From: an uncultured Gammaproteobacteria bacterium
Lineage (GTDB): Bacteria > Patescibacteriota > Patescibacteriia > UBA9934 > CAZDDW01
Direction of reading: 5' to 3'
DNA: 64,000 nt
NCBI GenBank assembly: GCA_965231015.1
Contig: OZ246408.1
Coordinates: 857,908 to 921,907 of the forward strand
Under the pieces are notes generated by a model that saw nothing but the letters and a program-made list of their open reading frames with translations, searched no databases and was not told the origin of the DNA. Of the stretch, positions 27,193 to 37,440 are shown one piece after another (the stretch's first letter is position 1; every line of letters begins with the position of its first letter). A program made the translations under genes and the position numbers.

Positions 27193-28383
27193 TTAATTAA
27201 CAATCTTGGTTACTACACCAGCTCCAACAGTTCGTCCACCTTCACGAATAGCAAAACGCTGCTGTTCCTCAAGAGCAATCGGCTGGATAAGCTTAACGGT
27301 TGCACCATTAATGGTGTCACCTGGCATAGCCATTTCTACTCCTTCTGGCAAGGTTACTTCACCGGTAACGTCAGTAGTTCGGATGTAGAACTGTGGCTTG
27401 TAACCCTTAAAGAATGGCTTGTGTCGTCCACCCTCTTCTTTGGTAAGAGCATACAGTTCACACTCAAACTCGGTATGTGGGGTTACAGTACCAGGAGCAG
27501 CCAAGACCTGACCACGCTCAACTTCATCCTTCTTGGTTCCACGGAGCAGGATTCCAGCGTTGTCACCGGCCTGACCTTGATCAAGAGTCTTGTTAAACAT
27601 TTCCACACCAGTAACAGTGGTCTTGGTAGTGTCTTTAATACCAACCATTTCAACTTCCTCACCGGTCTTAACAATTCCACGCTCGATTCGTCCAGTTACA
27701 ACTGTTCCACGTCCCTCAATTGAGAAAACGTCTTCAATCGGCATCAGGAATGGCTTATCAACGTCACGTTGTGGTTCAGGAATATATTCATCAAGCTTGG
27801 CAAGTAGTTCTTTAATTGGCTTGGCAGCCTCTTCGTCTGAAGGATTCTCAAGAGCCTTAAGAGCAGAACCACGAATAATTGGAGTTTCATCTCCTGGGAA
27901 TTCGTACTGCTTAAGAAGGTCTCGAATTTCTTCTTCAACCAGGTCAATAAGCTCCGGGTCATCTACCATGTCAACTTTGTTTAAGAAAACAACAATGGCA
28001 GGAACACCAACCTGACGAGCGAGCAAAATATGCTCACGAGTCTGTGGCATTGGACCATCAGCTGCTGACACAACGAGAATTGATCCGTCCATCTGAGCAG
28101 CACCGGTAATCATGTTTTTTACGTAGTCGGCGTGTCCTGGACAGTCAACGTGAGCGTAGTGACGCTTATCGGTTTCGTACTCAACGTGAGAAGTAGCAAT
28201 GGTAATTCCACGCTCTTTTTCTTCCGGAGCGTTGTCAATCTGGTCAAAACCCTTGGCCTGACCACCACCCATGACAGAAGCCACGGCGGTAATAGCCGCA
28301 GTAAGAGTGGTTTTACCGTGGTCAACGTGACCAATGGTACCCACGTTTACGTGCGGTTTTGATCGTTCAAATGTATCGGCCAT
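27193..28383 (-). CDS. tuf: elongation factor Tu
   Basis: [23 protein letters not shown]-motifs. Confidence 0.98.
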   Translation of the reverse strand: MADTFERSKPHVNVGTIGHVDHGKTTLTAAITAVASVMGGGQAKGFDQIDNAPEEKERGITIATSHVEYETDKRHYAHVDCPGHADYVKNMITGAAQMDGSILVVSAADGPMPQTREHILLARQVGVPAIVVFLNKVDMVDDPELIDLVEEEIRDLLKQYEFPGDETPIIRGSALKALENPSDEEAAKPIKELLAKLDEYIPEPQRDVDKPFLMPIEDVFSIEGRGTVVTGRIERGIVKTGEEVEMVGIKDTTKTTVTGVEMFNKTLDQGQAGDNAGILLRGTKKDEVERGQVLAAPGTVTPHTEFECELYALTKEEGGRHKPFFKGYKPQFYIRTTDVTGEVTLPEGVEMAMPGDTINGATVKLIQPIALEEQQRFAIREGGRTVGAGVVTKIVN

Positions 28384-28444
28384 AAATTTGGCTAAAATTG
28401 GTTATTAATATAGTTAAATAATTGCCTTTTTTGTAGGCGGCACT

Positions 28445-28473
28445 AGTATAACAAAAAGCCTAAAACAATGCAA
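28445..28473 (-). promoter_or_regulatory. sigma70-like promoter for tuf (TTGCAT-N17-TATACT on minus strand)
   Basis: rc of 28468-28473 = TTGCAT, rc of 28445-28450 = TATACT; ~55-nt leader to tuf ATG. Confidence 0.45.
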
Positions 28474-28513
28474 GCCCCAATTCCCCATGTTTTCCACCTA
28501 GAATTAGGGAATT

Positions 28514-28891
28514 TTACTCCACTGGTTCGAGGTAGAATTGCTCGTCTTCGCCGTCATCGTTCTCTTCTGTACTTTCTTCACTTAAATTAGCTAAATTTTC
28601 GTTCGGAAAAGCTTCATCAGTCAAGTTTGGGCTATATGATGGAGATTCTGGCTCATAATTTGGAGTTTGAACCGGGGGTTCTGGAGTTGGTGGAACTGGC
28701 TGAGTGGTCTGTTCCAGAGCTAAATCATCATCAAAATAGTCGAATTCCGCGGTTCCCAGGGCCTCAATAATAGCCTCATACTCATCAAAATCCATGATAA
28801 CAACAGCCTGTTCCCCTTCCGGGTCAGTCACCACCATGCGGTCGCCAGTGCGGCGAACCAGGTCTAAAATGCGCTTAAATTGGTTATTCAT
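28514..28891 (-). CDS. acidic protein: Phd/YefM-antitoxin-like N-terminal ~50 aa + disordered Pro/Glu-rich C-terminal tail
   Basis: FKRILDLVRRTGDRMVVTDPEGEQAVVIMDFDEYEAIIEAL resembles YefM/Phd fold; no adjacent toxin gene. Confidence 0.35.
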   Translation of the reverse strand: MNNQFKRILDLVRRTGDRMVVTDPEGEQAVVIMDFDEYEAIIEALGTAEFDYFDDDLALEQTTQPVPPTPEPPVQTPNYEPESPSYSPNLTDEAFPNENLANLSEESTEENDDGEDEQFYLEPVE

Positions 28892-29254
28892 ATTAGGCTT
28901 ATCTTACCGATTTTTAGGGGATTGTCAAGGGAAGGCTTGGAAGGTCAGGAAGGCCCAGCCTTCTTGGCCTTCTCTCGCCCGTGGTTCCCTAACCGGACCC
29001 GCGGGTGTTTTTTGTTTCCGCTACTTCGAGCACGACGGAGGTTAATGGACATTTTTGACCGTTCCGGTCAGACGGGGTGACGAGGACTGTTTGAAGCCGA
29101 GCGTCCACCAAAACAAAAAAAGCGAGGCAAGTCCCGCAGTCAAGAGAAAAATGTTCATTTTCTACCTCCGGCGAGCACAGAAAGGCGGCCGGTTTCTTTT
29201 TTCCGGTTTTCTTTGCCGGTCCAAAGAAAACCGGGCTATTTTTCCAACTCGAAA

Positions 29255-29277
29255 GCCCCAGGGTTAGACCCTGGGGC
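29255..29277 (-). terminator. 10-bp hairpin GCCCCAGGGT-TAG-ACCCTGGGGC downstream of GC-island gene 29326..30609
   Basis: Perfect stem; followed on minus strand by UUUCGAGUUGG (weak U-tract). Confidence 0.35.
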
Positions 29278-29325
29278 TGACGTGGATCTCCCACGAGGGG
29301 AGATAATGTGAGGAGGGTTGGTAGT

Positions 29326-30609
29326 CTACTTGACCTGCTCGGTCTTGTAGACCGTGCAGGTCTTGTAGGTACCAGTGGCGTCCTTGCTGTTGCGAGCGCA
29401 ACGACGGTCAACGCCGTCCGGGCACTCGAAGAGCAAGATGTGGTGGTCCAACAACTGGTAGCTCTGGCAGGTGGTCGATTCCTGATCGACCAGCTCGGAG
29501 CTCGACGTGCACTCGTCGGCGTGAGCCGGCGGATTCTTGCTCCCGTAGTCCATGATCGGCACGAGGAGCGCGAAGGCCAGCACAGCTGCGGCCACCGCGG
29601 CCTTGGCCACGGTACGACCGACCTGACGCGGCTGGCGCGTCGACATGATCTCGGTGATCTCGGTCTCGTCGTAGGTGACGTCGTCGTCCGGGTCCAGGCT
29701 CTCGATGACGGGCTCGGTGGCGGCCAGGCGTGCCTGGGCCATCAAACCATCCTCGATCCCGTTCACTCGACCCTTGAGCGCGTCGTGTTCGTCAGTCTGG
29801 ATCCGGATGATCTCGCGAAGCTCCGCGAGGTCTCGCTCCGACATCTGTCGGACGAACTCGGCGATCATCTCGGTCTCTTCTGATCGCACCTCGGCCTCGG
29901 TTCGGACAGTTCCGGCCAGATCCGTGAGACGCTGATCGATCTGTGCGATCTGCCGCGAACGGTCGGCGCCGTGCTCGAACAGTCGCTTGATGTCGGCGTG
30001 ATGCTCGGCCGTACGGGTCTTGAGCCCCGTCACGTCGCGGCCGTGTCCGTCCACGCGGTTCGTCAGCTTCTCCGCATCAGCTCGGATCTCGGTCCGCTCT
30101 TTGTCGGCCCGGTTGATCTGCGTCACCATATGCCGGGTCAGATGAACGAACGCTCGCTGGCGCTCTGCCAGCTCGAGCCGCTGGCGTCGAGCCGTCCGTT
30201 GCTCGTCCTCGATCGCCTTGAGCTTGTTGTGCACCTTCAGGTTCAAGTTCCCGAGTTGTCTCTTGATCCCGGCCCGCTCGTCGTTGGCGATCTTCCGGCC
30301 GGTGAGGAGCTTGGCCAGCTCCTTACGGAACTCGTCGAAGTCCTGCCTGAGCTTGGGAACCTCGCGCCGCTCGATCTGCTTGATCCTGGCTTTCAGGGTC
30401 TTCTGCTTGCGCACGAGCAGATTCAACTCCTCGTCCACATCGAGCTCCAGCACGAGGTCGTCCAGCTCTTCACCAAGGTCGACATCATCCGCATCGTCCG
30501 GCTCGGCACCACAGAACTCGGGCACATCGATGTAGCTCTGACTGGCTCGTTCGGTCTCGCACCTGTTCAAGGTCTCGAGCCAATGAGCAGCCTGCTTATC
30601 ACTCGTCAT
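29326..30609 (-). CDS. coiled-coil protein with C-terminal TM anchor and Cys-rich extracytoplasmic tail (start at MTSDKQ, RBS GGGAGGAGGAA)
   Basis: Long E/R/K-rich heptad region, hydrophobic AAVAAAVLAFALLVPIM, terminal Cys cluster; G/C-ending codon bias. Confidence 0.5.
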   Translation of the reverse strand: MTSDKQAAHWLETLNRCETERASQSYIDVPEFCGAEPDDADDVDLGEELDDLVLELDVDEELNLLVRKQKTLKARIKQIERREVPKLRQDFDEFRKELAKLLTGRKIANDERAGIKRQLGNLNLKVHNKLKAIEDEQRTARRQRLELAERQRAFVHLTRHMVTQINRADKERTEIRADAEKLTNRVDGHGRDVTGLKTRTAEHHADIKRLFEHGADRSRQIAQIDQRLTDLAGTVRTEAEVRSEETEMIAEFVRQMSERDLAELREIIRIQTDEHDALKGRVNGIEDGLMAQARLAATEPVIESLDPDDDVTYDETEITEIMSTRQPRQVGRTVAKAAVAAAVLAFALLVPIMDYGSKNPPAHADECTSSSELVDQESTTCQSYQLLDHHILLFECPDGVDRRCARNSKDATGTYKTCTVYKTEQVK

Positions 30610-30873
30610 CGGGGGTTCCTCCTCCCGTTGTTGGTTGCAAATTTTAAATGCCACTGCCCTACTTTTAAGCCAAAACTGGGCTTAATTTCGAACTAAGTAA
30701 ATTATCAGAAAAAGGGTAGTTTGTCAACCCCCTGTCGTACGGGACTGACCTCGTTCAACAAGGTCAAGAGTTATCCTATAATTAGAAGCCCCCGACACAA
30801 GCGTCACACATTCGTTCGTGTGAGCCCATGTCAGGGGCAGAGCCGCCGAGATCTTCGGCGGGAAGGGGGTTTT

Positions 30874-31938
30874 TTAGGACTGGGGGTGAAGCGCGTTCCA
30901 GTCCGCTTCGAGTGCCTGGAGCATCTCGTCGCGGTGCGGGAACGCCTGATCCACGAGCCGCAGCTCGTAGTGGGCGCGCTTGACGCGCGCTTCGGACTTG
31001 GTCTTGTCGAACCGGGTCGACAGCGTGGCGATCGCCCACTTGTAACGAGCGATCTGATCCGCGCCGGAGTGACCTCGACCGGCGTCCACGTACCGGTTCA
31101 AATACGTGAGCTCCATCTCGCCGAGGCTCGTCTTGATCTCGGAGACCGTCTTGTCCTCCTGCTGGAGGACCCCGAGCTTGAACTCGAGGTCACGGAAGTC
31201 GGCTCCCGCGGCCCGCCAGTGGCTTGCGAGCACGGTCCCGGATTCGAGGGAATCGAGCCCGATGGCCGTCACGACCTCCGGGTCGGCGTTGCGGATGGCG
31301 GTCACGACCTGGAACACGACGTTCGGGTCGGCCGTGGCGTGCGCCATGATCGCCGGCAGCTCCGGACACTCCGGGAGCAGACCGAGCTGGGTCGGCACCT
31401 CGACGGGCATACCCGCGGCCACGTAGGCCGCGAACACGTTGGACCAGTTCTGGAGGTAAATGGGTACCTCCTGCTCCCCGGCCACCACGGCGCCGTCACG
31501 ATCGAACTCGCGGAGCATGACCGTGACGATGTTCGGTCCGACTTCGCGCGGGAGCTGGGGCCAGCCGGTCGTGTCGATCGACTCGAACAGCTTGGCCGCG
31601 GCGTAGTAGGGCCGCAGCTTCTTCAGGGCCCTGGCGTTCATCTCGTCCACGTGAACCTGCGGGTCCACGGGAACTTCGATCGCGGGTTCAGGCTCGGACT
31701 TGGGCTCGACCGCGGGTGCGGGTGCGGCCGGACTCGCCGGCTGTCCGGTGGCCGTCTCGACGACCTGCTCGGGCTGCTCCACAGCCCGCTTGTTCTTGAC
31801 CGCCTTGACGATCAAGAAGGTCGCGGTCAGTCCGACCATGATCAAGAACACCACCAGACCGCCGACGGCGGGCCACATCCAGCGCGGCAGCGGTGCCTCT
31901 TCCGTGAGAACGGGGGATGAAACATGTTCCGTGGTCAT
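30874..31938 (-). CDS. membrane-anchored hypothetical protein (start at MTTEHV; N-terminal TM helix WMWPAVGGLVVFLIMVGLTATFLIV)
   Basis: Longest ORF in this GC-rich segment, sensible composition; antisense 399-aa ORF is R/G/L-rich. Confidence 0.5.
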   Translation of the reverse strand: MTTEHVSSPVLTEEAPLPRWMWPAVGGLVVFLIMVGLTATFLIVKAVKNKRAVEQPEQVVETATGQPASPAAPAPAVEPKSEPEPAIEVPVDPQVHVDEMNARALKKLRPYYAAAKLFESIDTTGWPQLPREVGPNIVTVMLREFDRDGAVVAGEQEVPIYLQNWSNVFAAYVAAGMPVEVPTQLGLLPECPELPAIMAHATADPNVVFQVVTAIRNADPEVVTAIGLDSLESGTVLASHWRAAGADFRDLEFKLGVLQQEDKTVSEIKTSLGEMELTYLNRYVDAGRGHSGADQIARYKWAIATLSTRFDKTKSEARVKRAHYELRLVDQAFPHRDEMLQALEADWNALHPQS

Positions 31939-32105
31939 CTCTTCCTCCTTGCTATTTTGGGCCCTTTCGGGCTCCCGTTTTGGGGCCCGTACAGGGCGAA
32001 TCAAAGCGTCCGAGGGTGAAAAATTTCACCTGTTACGAACGACGTAATGTATCATATTTTAGCCAAAAAGTCAACCCCTAAAGGTTGTTTTTGGCCAAAA
32101 TATAA

Positions 32106-32136
32106 CTAAAAAGGGGTACCCACAAGGGGCACCCCT
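32106..32136 (-). terminator. rho-independent terminator immediately downstream of fusA
   Basis: minus-strand AGGGGUGCCCCUUGUGGGUACCCCU hairpin followed by UUUUUA. Confidence 0.5.
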
Positions 32137-32154
32137 ACAATAATTTCCTTTTCC

Positions 32155-34245
32155 TTACTCCGCTTTCTTGCTTCCCCGCTTTTCAATAATCTCATCTGCC
32201 ACATTCTTTGGCACATCTTCATAGTGATCAAATTCCATGCTGTAGCTGGCACGACCCTGGGTAATACTTCTAAGCTCCGTAGCGTAACCAAACATTTCAG
32301 CCAGTGGAACATGAGCCTCAACAACCTTCATGTTTCCCCGGTCTCGCATTTCCTGAATTTGAGCCCGTTTTGCGTTCAAGTCTCCGACCACAGTTCCCAT
32401 AAACTCTTCCGGGGTCACAACTTCAACCGCCATGATCGGCTCAAGCAAAGTAATTCCAGCATTCTTGGCCGCAGCCTGAAAAGCCATAGAACCGGCGATC
32501 TTAAAGGCGGCTTCAGACGAGTCAACTTCGTGATAGCTTCCGTCATATACAGTACACTTGATGTCGAGCACCGGATATCCGGCCAGAACTCCGCGTTCCA
32601 TAGCTTCCTTAACACCCTTTTCAATAGGTCCAATAAATTCCTTTGGAATCACACCACCCTTAATTTCATCATAAAACTCAAACCCGGTTCCCTGCTCAAG
32701 CGGTTCCAAGCGTAACCAACAGTGCCCATACTGTCCACGGCCACCTGATTGGCGGACAAATTTTCCTTCAGCCTCAGCGGTTTTCTTAATACTTTCTTTG
32801 TAGGCCACTTGCGGAGCACCCACGTTGGCCTCCACTTTGAACTCACGTTTCATGCGATCCACGATAATGTCCAAGTGCAGCTCTCCCATTCCGGAAATGA
32901 TGGTCTGGAGAGTATCATCATCAGTTCTCACCTGGAAGGTTGGATCTTCTTCGGCTAACTTGGTAAGCGCCACACCCATCTTTTCCTGGTCAGCTTTGGT
33001 CTTTGGCTCAATCGCCACAGAAATAACCGGTTCTGGGAAAGTAATGGATTCAAGCACTACTGGATTATCCGGGTCACACAAAGTCTGACCGGTTGTAGTG
33101 TTCTTAAGTCCTACCACAGCAGCAATATCTCCGGCATAAATTTCATCGATTTCCTCACGCGAGTTAGCGTGCATTCGCAGCAATCGACCAATTCGTTCCT
33201 TGTTTCCGGTTGAAGCATTCAAAACATACGATCCTGACTTCAAGACGCCGGAATAAACTCGGACAAAAGCCAGTTTTCCAACGAAAGGATCGGTTGCAAT
33301 CTTGAAAGCCAAAGCCGCAAACGATTCTTCATCACTCGCATGGTGCTCAATCTTTTTCTCTTCATCATCCGGATCAGTTCCCTCAACTGCCGGTACCTCA
33401 AGTGGGCTTGGCAGGTAATCAACCACGGCATCAAGCAAAGGCTGAACTCCCTTATTTTTCAGAGCTGACCCACAGAACACAGGAATAAGTTGCAAGCTAA
33501 CCACAGCTTTGTGTAATACCTTTTTTAAATCTTCATGAGGGATATCTTCGCCGGACAAATACTTTTCCATTAAGGCTTCATCATTTTCTACAATGGCTTC
33601 AATCAACTTGCCACGCCATTCTTCTGCGGTTGCCTTCATGTCCTCCGGAACATCAACCACGTCCATATCTTTTCCAAGGTCATCATTGTAAATAGTGGCC
33701 TTCATGGTTAGAAGATCAATGATTCCCTTAAAGTTATCTTCAGCACCGATTGGTAGTTGAGCTGGCAGGGCCTTGGTAGTCAATCGTTCGTGGATTGAAT
33801 CCAAGTCTGCAAAGAAGTCAGCTCCAGTTCGATCAAGTTTATTGATATAACAAATTCGCGGCACGTTGTATTTATCAGCCTGGTGCCAAACAGTTTCTGA
33901 CTGTGGCTCAACACCGGCCACACCGTCAAACACAACCACACCACCGTCGAGCACACGCAAAGAACGCTCCACCTCAACAGTGAAGTCAACGTGTCCCGGG
34001 GTGTCGATAATGTTCACACGGTGATCTTTCCAAAAACAGGTAGTCGCCGCAGAGGTAATGGTAATTCCACGCTCCTGCTCCTGCTCCATCCAGTCCATTT
34101 CCGCTTCACCTTCGTGCACCTCACCGATTTTATGCTTCTTGCCGGTGTAGAAAAGCACACGCTCGGTCACGGTTGTTTTACCAGCATCAATGTGAGCAAT
34201 GATTCCGATGTTACGAGTTTTTTCAAGAGAATATTCTCGAGGCAT
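32155..34245 (-). CDS. fusA: elongation factor G
   Basis: [18 protein letters not shown]-motifs; 696 aa. Confidence 0.98.
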   Translation of the reverse strand: MPREYSLEKTRNIGIIAHIDAGKTTVTERVLFYTGKKHKIGEVHEGEAEMDWMEQEQERGITITSAATTCFWKDHRVNIIDTPGHVDFTVEVERSLRVLDGGVVVFDGVAGVEPQSETVWHQADKYNVPRICYINKLDRTGADFFADLDSIHERLTTKALPAQLPIGAEDNFKGIIDLLTMKATIYNDDLGKDMDVVDVPEDMKATAEEWRGKLIEAIVENDEALMEKYLSGEDIPHEDLKKVLHKAVVSLQLIPVFCGSALKNKGVQPLLDAVVDYLPSPLEVPAVEGTDPDDEEKKIEHHASDEESFAALAFKIATDPFVGKLAFVRVYSGVLKSGSYVLNASTGNKERIGRLLRMHANSREEIDEIYAGDIAAVVGLKNTTTGQTLCDPDNPVVLESITFPEPVISVAIEPKTKADQEKMGVALTKLAEEDPTFQVRTDDDTLQTIISGMGELHLDIIVDRMKREFKVEANVGAPQVAYKESIKKTAEAEGKFVRQSGGRGQYGHCWLRLEPLEQGTGFEFYDEIKGGVIPKEFIGPIEKGVKEAMERGVLAGYPVLDIKCTVYDGSYHEVDSSEAAFKIAGSMAFQAAAKNAGITLLEPIMAVEVVTPEEFMGTVVGDLNAKRAQIQEMRDRGNMKVVEAHVPLAEMFGYATELRSITQGRASYSMEFDHYEDVPKNVADEIIEKRGSKKAE

Positions 34246-34283
34246 ATTGAGTAATTTTCAATTTACTAAGTTTCAATTTTCAA

Positions 34284-34748
34284 TTATCTTGCAAAGTGGG
34301 CAAACGCTCGGTTGGCCTCAGCCATCCTCTGCACGTCTTCTTTCTTTTTAACAGCGTCGCCTTCGTTGTTAGCAGCAGCCATGAGTTCATCAGCTAATCT
34401 TTCTGCCATAGGCCGACCACTTTTTGATCGAGCCGCAGACAGGATCCAACGATAGGCTAAGGTGAGCCGACGCTCACCCCGCACCGGGTGCGGAATCTGA
34501 TAGTTAGCTCCACCAACTCGACGTGAACGAACCTCAAGGGCCGGTCCCACGTTCTTAATGGCGGCCTCGAAGACTTCGACCGGATCTTTTTTGGTTTTAT
34601 CCGCAATAATATCAAAACAATTATAGACCACCTGACGAGCAGTGGTCTTTTTTCCGTCATACATGACGTAATTAATCAGCTTGGCAATTTCCAGATTGCC
34701 AAACTTTGGATCCGGATTTAACCGGCGTTTAGAGGCACGTTTTCCACG
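34284..34748 (-). CDS. rpsG: 30S ribosomal protein S7
   Basis: [18 protein letters not shown] start, S7 profile. Confidence 0.95.
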   Translation of the reverse strand, partial: RGKRASKRRLNPDPKFGNLEIAKLINYVMYDGKKTTARQVVYNCFDIIADKTKKDPVEVFEAAIKNVGPALEVRSRRVGGANYQIPHPVRGERRLTLAYRWILSAARSKSGRPMAERLADELMAAANNEGDAVKKKEDVQRMAEANRAFAHFAR

Positions 34749-34827
34749 CATAGTATTCTTCAAGTTACCGCTTACTTCCCCCGTGGAACAAGGTACTCGG
34801 CAACTGACAGTTAGTAATTAGTGAGTG

Positions 34828-35250
34828 TTAACTCTTTTTTGGCTTTTTAGTTCCGTACTTGCTTCGTCCCTGATTTCTTCCTTCAACTCCGGCGGTATCA
34901 TATACTCCACGGACAATGTGATATCGCACACCTGGCAGGTCAGGCACTCGGCCACCTCGAAGAAGCACAATTGAGTGCTCCTGAAGGTTGTGACCTTCCC
35001 CTGGGATATAAGCAGTAACTTCAGTTCCGTTAGAGAGCCGAACACGAGCAATCTTTCGGATAGCTGAGTTTGGTTTCTTTGGGGTAGTTGTGGTCACCTT
35101 CACACAAACTCCACGTTTAAACGGACTACCTTTGGGAAGATTGGTAGTTTTTCGGTGCAGAGTATCCAAAGTATACTGCATGGCAGGTGACTTACTCTTG
35201 GTTTTGGTTGTCTTCCGCCCTTTGCGGATCAATTGACTAGTAGTAGGCAT
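34828..35250 (-). CDS. rpsL: 30S ribosomal protein S12
   Basis: [12 protein letters not shown]...PKKPNSA..RVRL. Confidence 0.95.
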   Translation of the reverse strand: MPTTSQLIRKGRKTTKTKSKSPAMQYTLDTLHRKTTNLPKGSPFKRGVCVKVTTTTPKKPNSAIRKIARVRLSNGTEVTAYIPGEGHNLQEHSIVLLRGGRVPDLPGVRYHIVRGVYDTAGVEGRNQGRSKYGTKKPKKS

Positions 35251-35313
35251 AATTTCAATATATCTCGAAGTGCCGAAATATTAACACAAGGCTAAATTTA
35301 GGTCAACCCCGAA

Positions 35314-35994
35314 TTATCCAGCAAATATTAAAGACAGGAATGATAAACAATTGGTGCCCACAAGAGCCGAACAGGCCGCAAAGGAAGGCACACTAATAAA
35401 GGCAAAAATTGGAATATTGGTAATAATAGCTATTAAAACTGCGATCAAAAGAATGGTTGGCCCTTTTTGTAAAACAAAAGCGCGAAGTTTGGTGTATTTT
35501 GGTGCGTCAAAAATCGCTAGAAACAACTTAGAACCATCAAGCGGGTGAATCGGAATGATATTAAAAAGCAACAAAAACATGTTGATTAAGATAAACAACA
35601 CCAAAAAAATAACCAACAAATTTAACTCAGTGAAGACATTTGCTGCTAAAAGTCCTCGTAAAACAAGGGCTGAAACAATAGCGAGGATCAAATTAGAAGC
35701 CGGTCCGGCCAAACCCACAATAACCGAGTCCCACTTTGGATTCTTTAAATTATTAGGGTTATACGGTACAGGCTTTGCCCAACCAAAACCGAGCAACAAC
35801 AAAGGAATAAAACCAAACCAATCAATATGGGACAACGGATTCAAAGTAAGCCGCCCGGCCCGCTCGGCAGTCAGATCTCCGCGCCATTTAGAAGCTGCAG
35901 CGTGGGAAAATTCATGTACGGTCAAAGCCATCAAAATGGCTACTACCCACACAACACCCACTGCCGGATCATTGAAAAAAAAATTAAGAAACAT
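35314..35994 (-). CDS. site-2 protease family zinc metalloprotease (peptidase M50)
   Basis: HEFSHA (HExxH) and NIIPIHPLDGSK motifs in polytopic membrane protein. Confidence 0.8.
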   Translation of the reverse strand: MFLNFFFNDPAVGVVWVVAILMALTVHEFSHAAASKWRGDLTAERAGRLTLNPLSHIDWFGFIPLLLLGFGWAKPVPYNPNNLKNPKWDSVIVGLAGPASNLILAIVSALVLRGLLAANVFTELNLLVIFLVLFILINMFLLLFNIIPIHPLDGSKLFLAIFDAPKYTKLRAFVLQKGPTILLIAVLIAIITNIPIFAFISVPSFAACSALVGTNCLSFLSLIFAG

Positions 35995-36070
35995 ACGTCA
36001 GGTATTCTACACGACTTGCCAAAAATGGTCGACCATGATATTCTCTCGTCGTTCGTTAATTGAATTTTAT

Positions 36071-36298
36071 ATGGCTCAATTTTGTGATTTTTGTGGCCGT
36101 GGCCCGCTGACAGCTCAAAATCGAAGCAAGTCAATGGTGGCTACCCGCAAACGAATGAAGATAAACTTGCAGAACAAAACCATTGATGGGAAAAAAGTAA
36201 AAGTTTGCACTAAATGTCTTAAAACCCAGAGCAAGGGAAAGACTCTGAAGCAGACCGAAACAAAATCAGTGGGTACACGCAGCAAGAGAGGCAAATAG
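36071..36298 (+). CDS. rpmB: 50S ribosomal protein L28
   Basis: MAQFCDFCGRGPLTAQNRSKSMVATRKR... matches L28; only the 3' part of ORF 35555..36298 is real. Confidence 0.85.
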   Translation: MAQFCDFCGRGPLTAQNRSKSMVATRKRMKINLQNKTIDGKKVKVCTKCLKTQSKGKTLKQTETKSVGTRSKRGK

Positions 36299-36322
36299 GA
36301 AAACCGCGGAAGTCCGCGGTTT

Positions 36323-37060
36323 TTACTTTGATTTTTTCACTACTTTTTCAATAAACAAATTTGGAATACGGTTAGCGTGCGGTGAACGCATTAATTTTTT
36401 TTCTACTTCCTTGCGTTCGCCTGAATTAAAAAAATATTTTCTTTCGTAGTACGTTAAACGGATCACCACATCCGAATGATCTAATTCAGGATGAAACTGA
36501 AAGGCATAAATTGGTTCACCCGGAAAAACAAACGCTTCACAGCACTTATTTGCAGAGCTAACCAATTCAATAGCTCCATCCGGCACTTTTGTCACAGAAT
36601 GATTATGCCCAATTTGCACATGAAAAGATCCTGGCAACTCACCAAGCAACTGATCCGTTACTGCGTGAAGGGTTTTTTTCATTTCAATTGAACCAATTTC
36701 TTTTAAATTATCATCTTGTACTACAGTTCCTCCAAAAGCAAGAGCTGCCACTTCATGTCCGTAACCAATAGCTAATAAAGGAATTTGCTTCGCCCGAATA
36801 ATTTTTAAAAGTTCCATAATTTGAGGCAAGCTTTCTGGATGACCTCCCCCTTTAACATAACGGCCAGTCCCAGCCAGGATCACAGCATCCTTACCTTCCA
36901 ACAAGTGCTCTCCAATTTCATCAGTGAAAACATTAACGCGAAAAAAATTTTCCTGTGGCACGTCAATCATTCGGTCAAAACACAAAAATTCATGTTCACT
37001 CATTTCATCATCACGCGCTTGCAGGAAAAGAATTTTAATATTGTCTTTTTCTTTGCTCAT
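36323..37060 (-). CDS. GATase1-like protein, paralog of 12164..12895 with nucleophile Cys replaced by Tyr
   Basis: LLAIGYGHEVAALAFGG aligns to FLGVCLGVGFLTAHGGG (C->Y); AFQFHPELD retained. Confidence 0.7.
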   Translation of the reverse strand: MSKEKDNIKILFLQARDDEMSEHEFLCFDRMIDVPQENFFRVNVFTDEIGEHLLEGKDAVILAGTGRYVKGGGHPESLPQIMELLKIIRAKQIPLLAIGYGHEVAALAFGGTVVQDDNLKEIGSIEMKKTLHAVTDQLLGELPGSFHVQIGHNHSVTKVPDGAIELVSSANKCCEAFVFPGEPIYAFQFHPELDHSDVVIRLTYYERKYFFNSGERKEVEKKLMRSPHANRIPNLFIEKVVKKSK

Positions 37061-37112
37061 AGGTCTTCCAAGACGCTAGCAGATTTTTTGGTTTTTGTCC
37101 ATTGTTCGGGTC

Positions 37113-37138
37113 TAAAAAACGCGCCTGTGCGCGTTTTT
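37113..37138 (-). terminator. rho-independent terminator (AAAAAACGCGC-ACAG-GCGCGUUUUUU) at 3' end of ncRNA candidate
   Basis: perfect GC stem flanked by A-run and U-run. Confidence 0.6.
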
Positions 37139-37440
37139 TATTCATCCATCCAAGATGGTCGCGTCGACCCCCTGTGGGCTTGTCGAACCACACGGAATCG
37201 ACACACCATCTTACGCCATAATGCGGTAAGCACGCCGACGTATTGGAGCTTCGCCAGATTGGGCTGCAATGGCTCTTTCCCAATATGGGTGTATCCCGCT
37301 TCCAAGTCACGGTGGGTGCAGCCGTAGCCACAGGACCGTGTTGGATGCGGTGCGAACCGCTTTCAGATCTTACCCCGCGCGGACGGGGGTCCAATCTTAG
37401 TTTTGAAAGTTAATGCCCGTTGCAGTTACCAATCTGTGAA
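37139..37440 (-). ncRNA. structured ncRNA candidate (~260-300 nt, ~56% GC); RNase P RNA-like helix layout but unclassified
   Basis: Minus-strand extended -10 TGTTATAAT (rc of 37448-37456) upstream and intrinsic terminator downstream. Nested long-range helices AAGAUUGG/CCAUCUU and GACCCCC/GGGGGUC, hairpin GCGGU-UCGC-ACCGC, long-range 7-bp CCUGUGG/CCACAGG pairing next to 3' end (P4-like). Canonical RNase P motifs not clearly present; no tmRNA tag ORF. Confidence 0.4.

Larger units (their letters stand above)
28900..32100. other. GC-rich island 2 (~60-65% GC) inserted between fusA and tuf
   Basis: Sharp composition shift; two long minus-strand ORFs with G/C-ending codons; breaks the canonical fusA-tuf adjacency. 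Confidence 0.55.

Noticed and set aside
30721-31920. 399-aa plus-strand ORF in GC-rich island 2
   Set aside because: R/G/L/D-rich translation typical of antisense reading of high-GC DNA; the minus-strand ORF has a TM helix and balanced composition
35555-36070. 5' two-thirds of the 247-aa plus-strand ORF 35555..36298
   Set aside because: Antisense to the M50 protease gene; only the 3' 76 codons (36071..36298) form a recognisable protein (L28)
37139-37440. tmRNA interpretation of ncRNA candidate 1
   Set aside because: No tRNA-like acceptor/T-arm with CCA and no short tag ORF ending in Ala-Ala-stop on either strand
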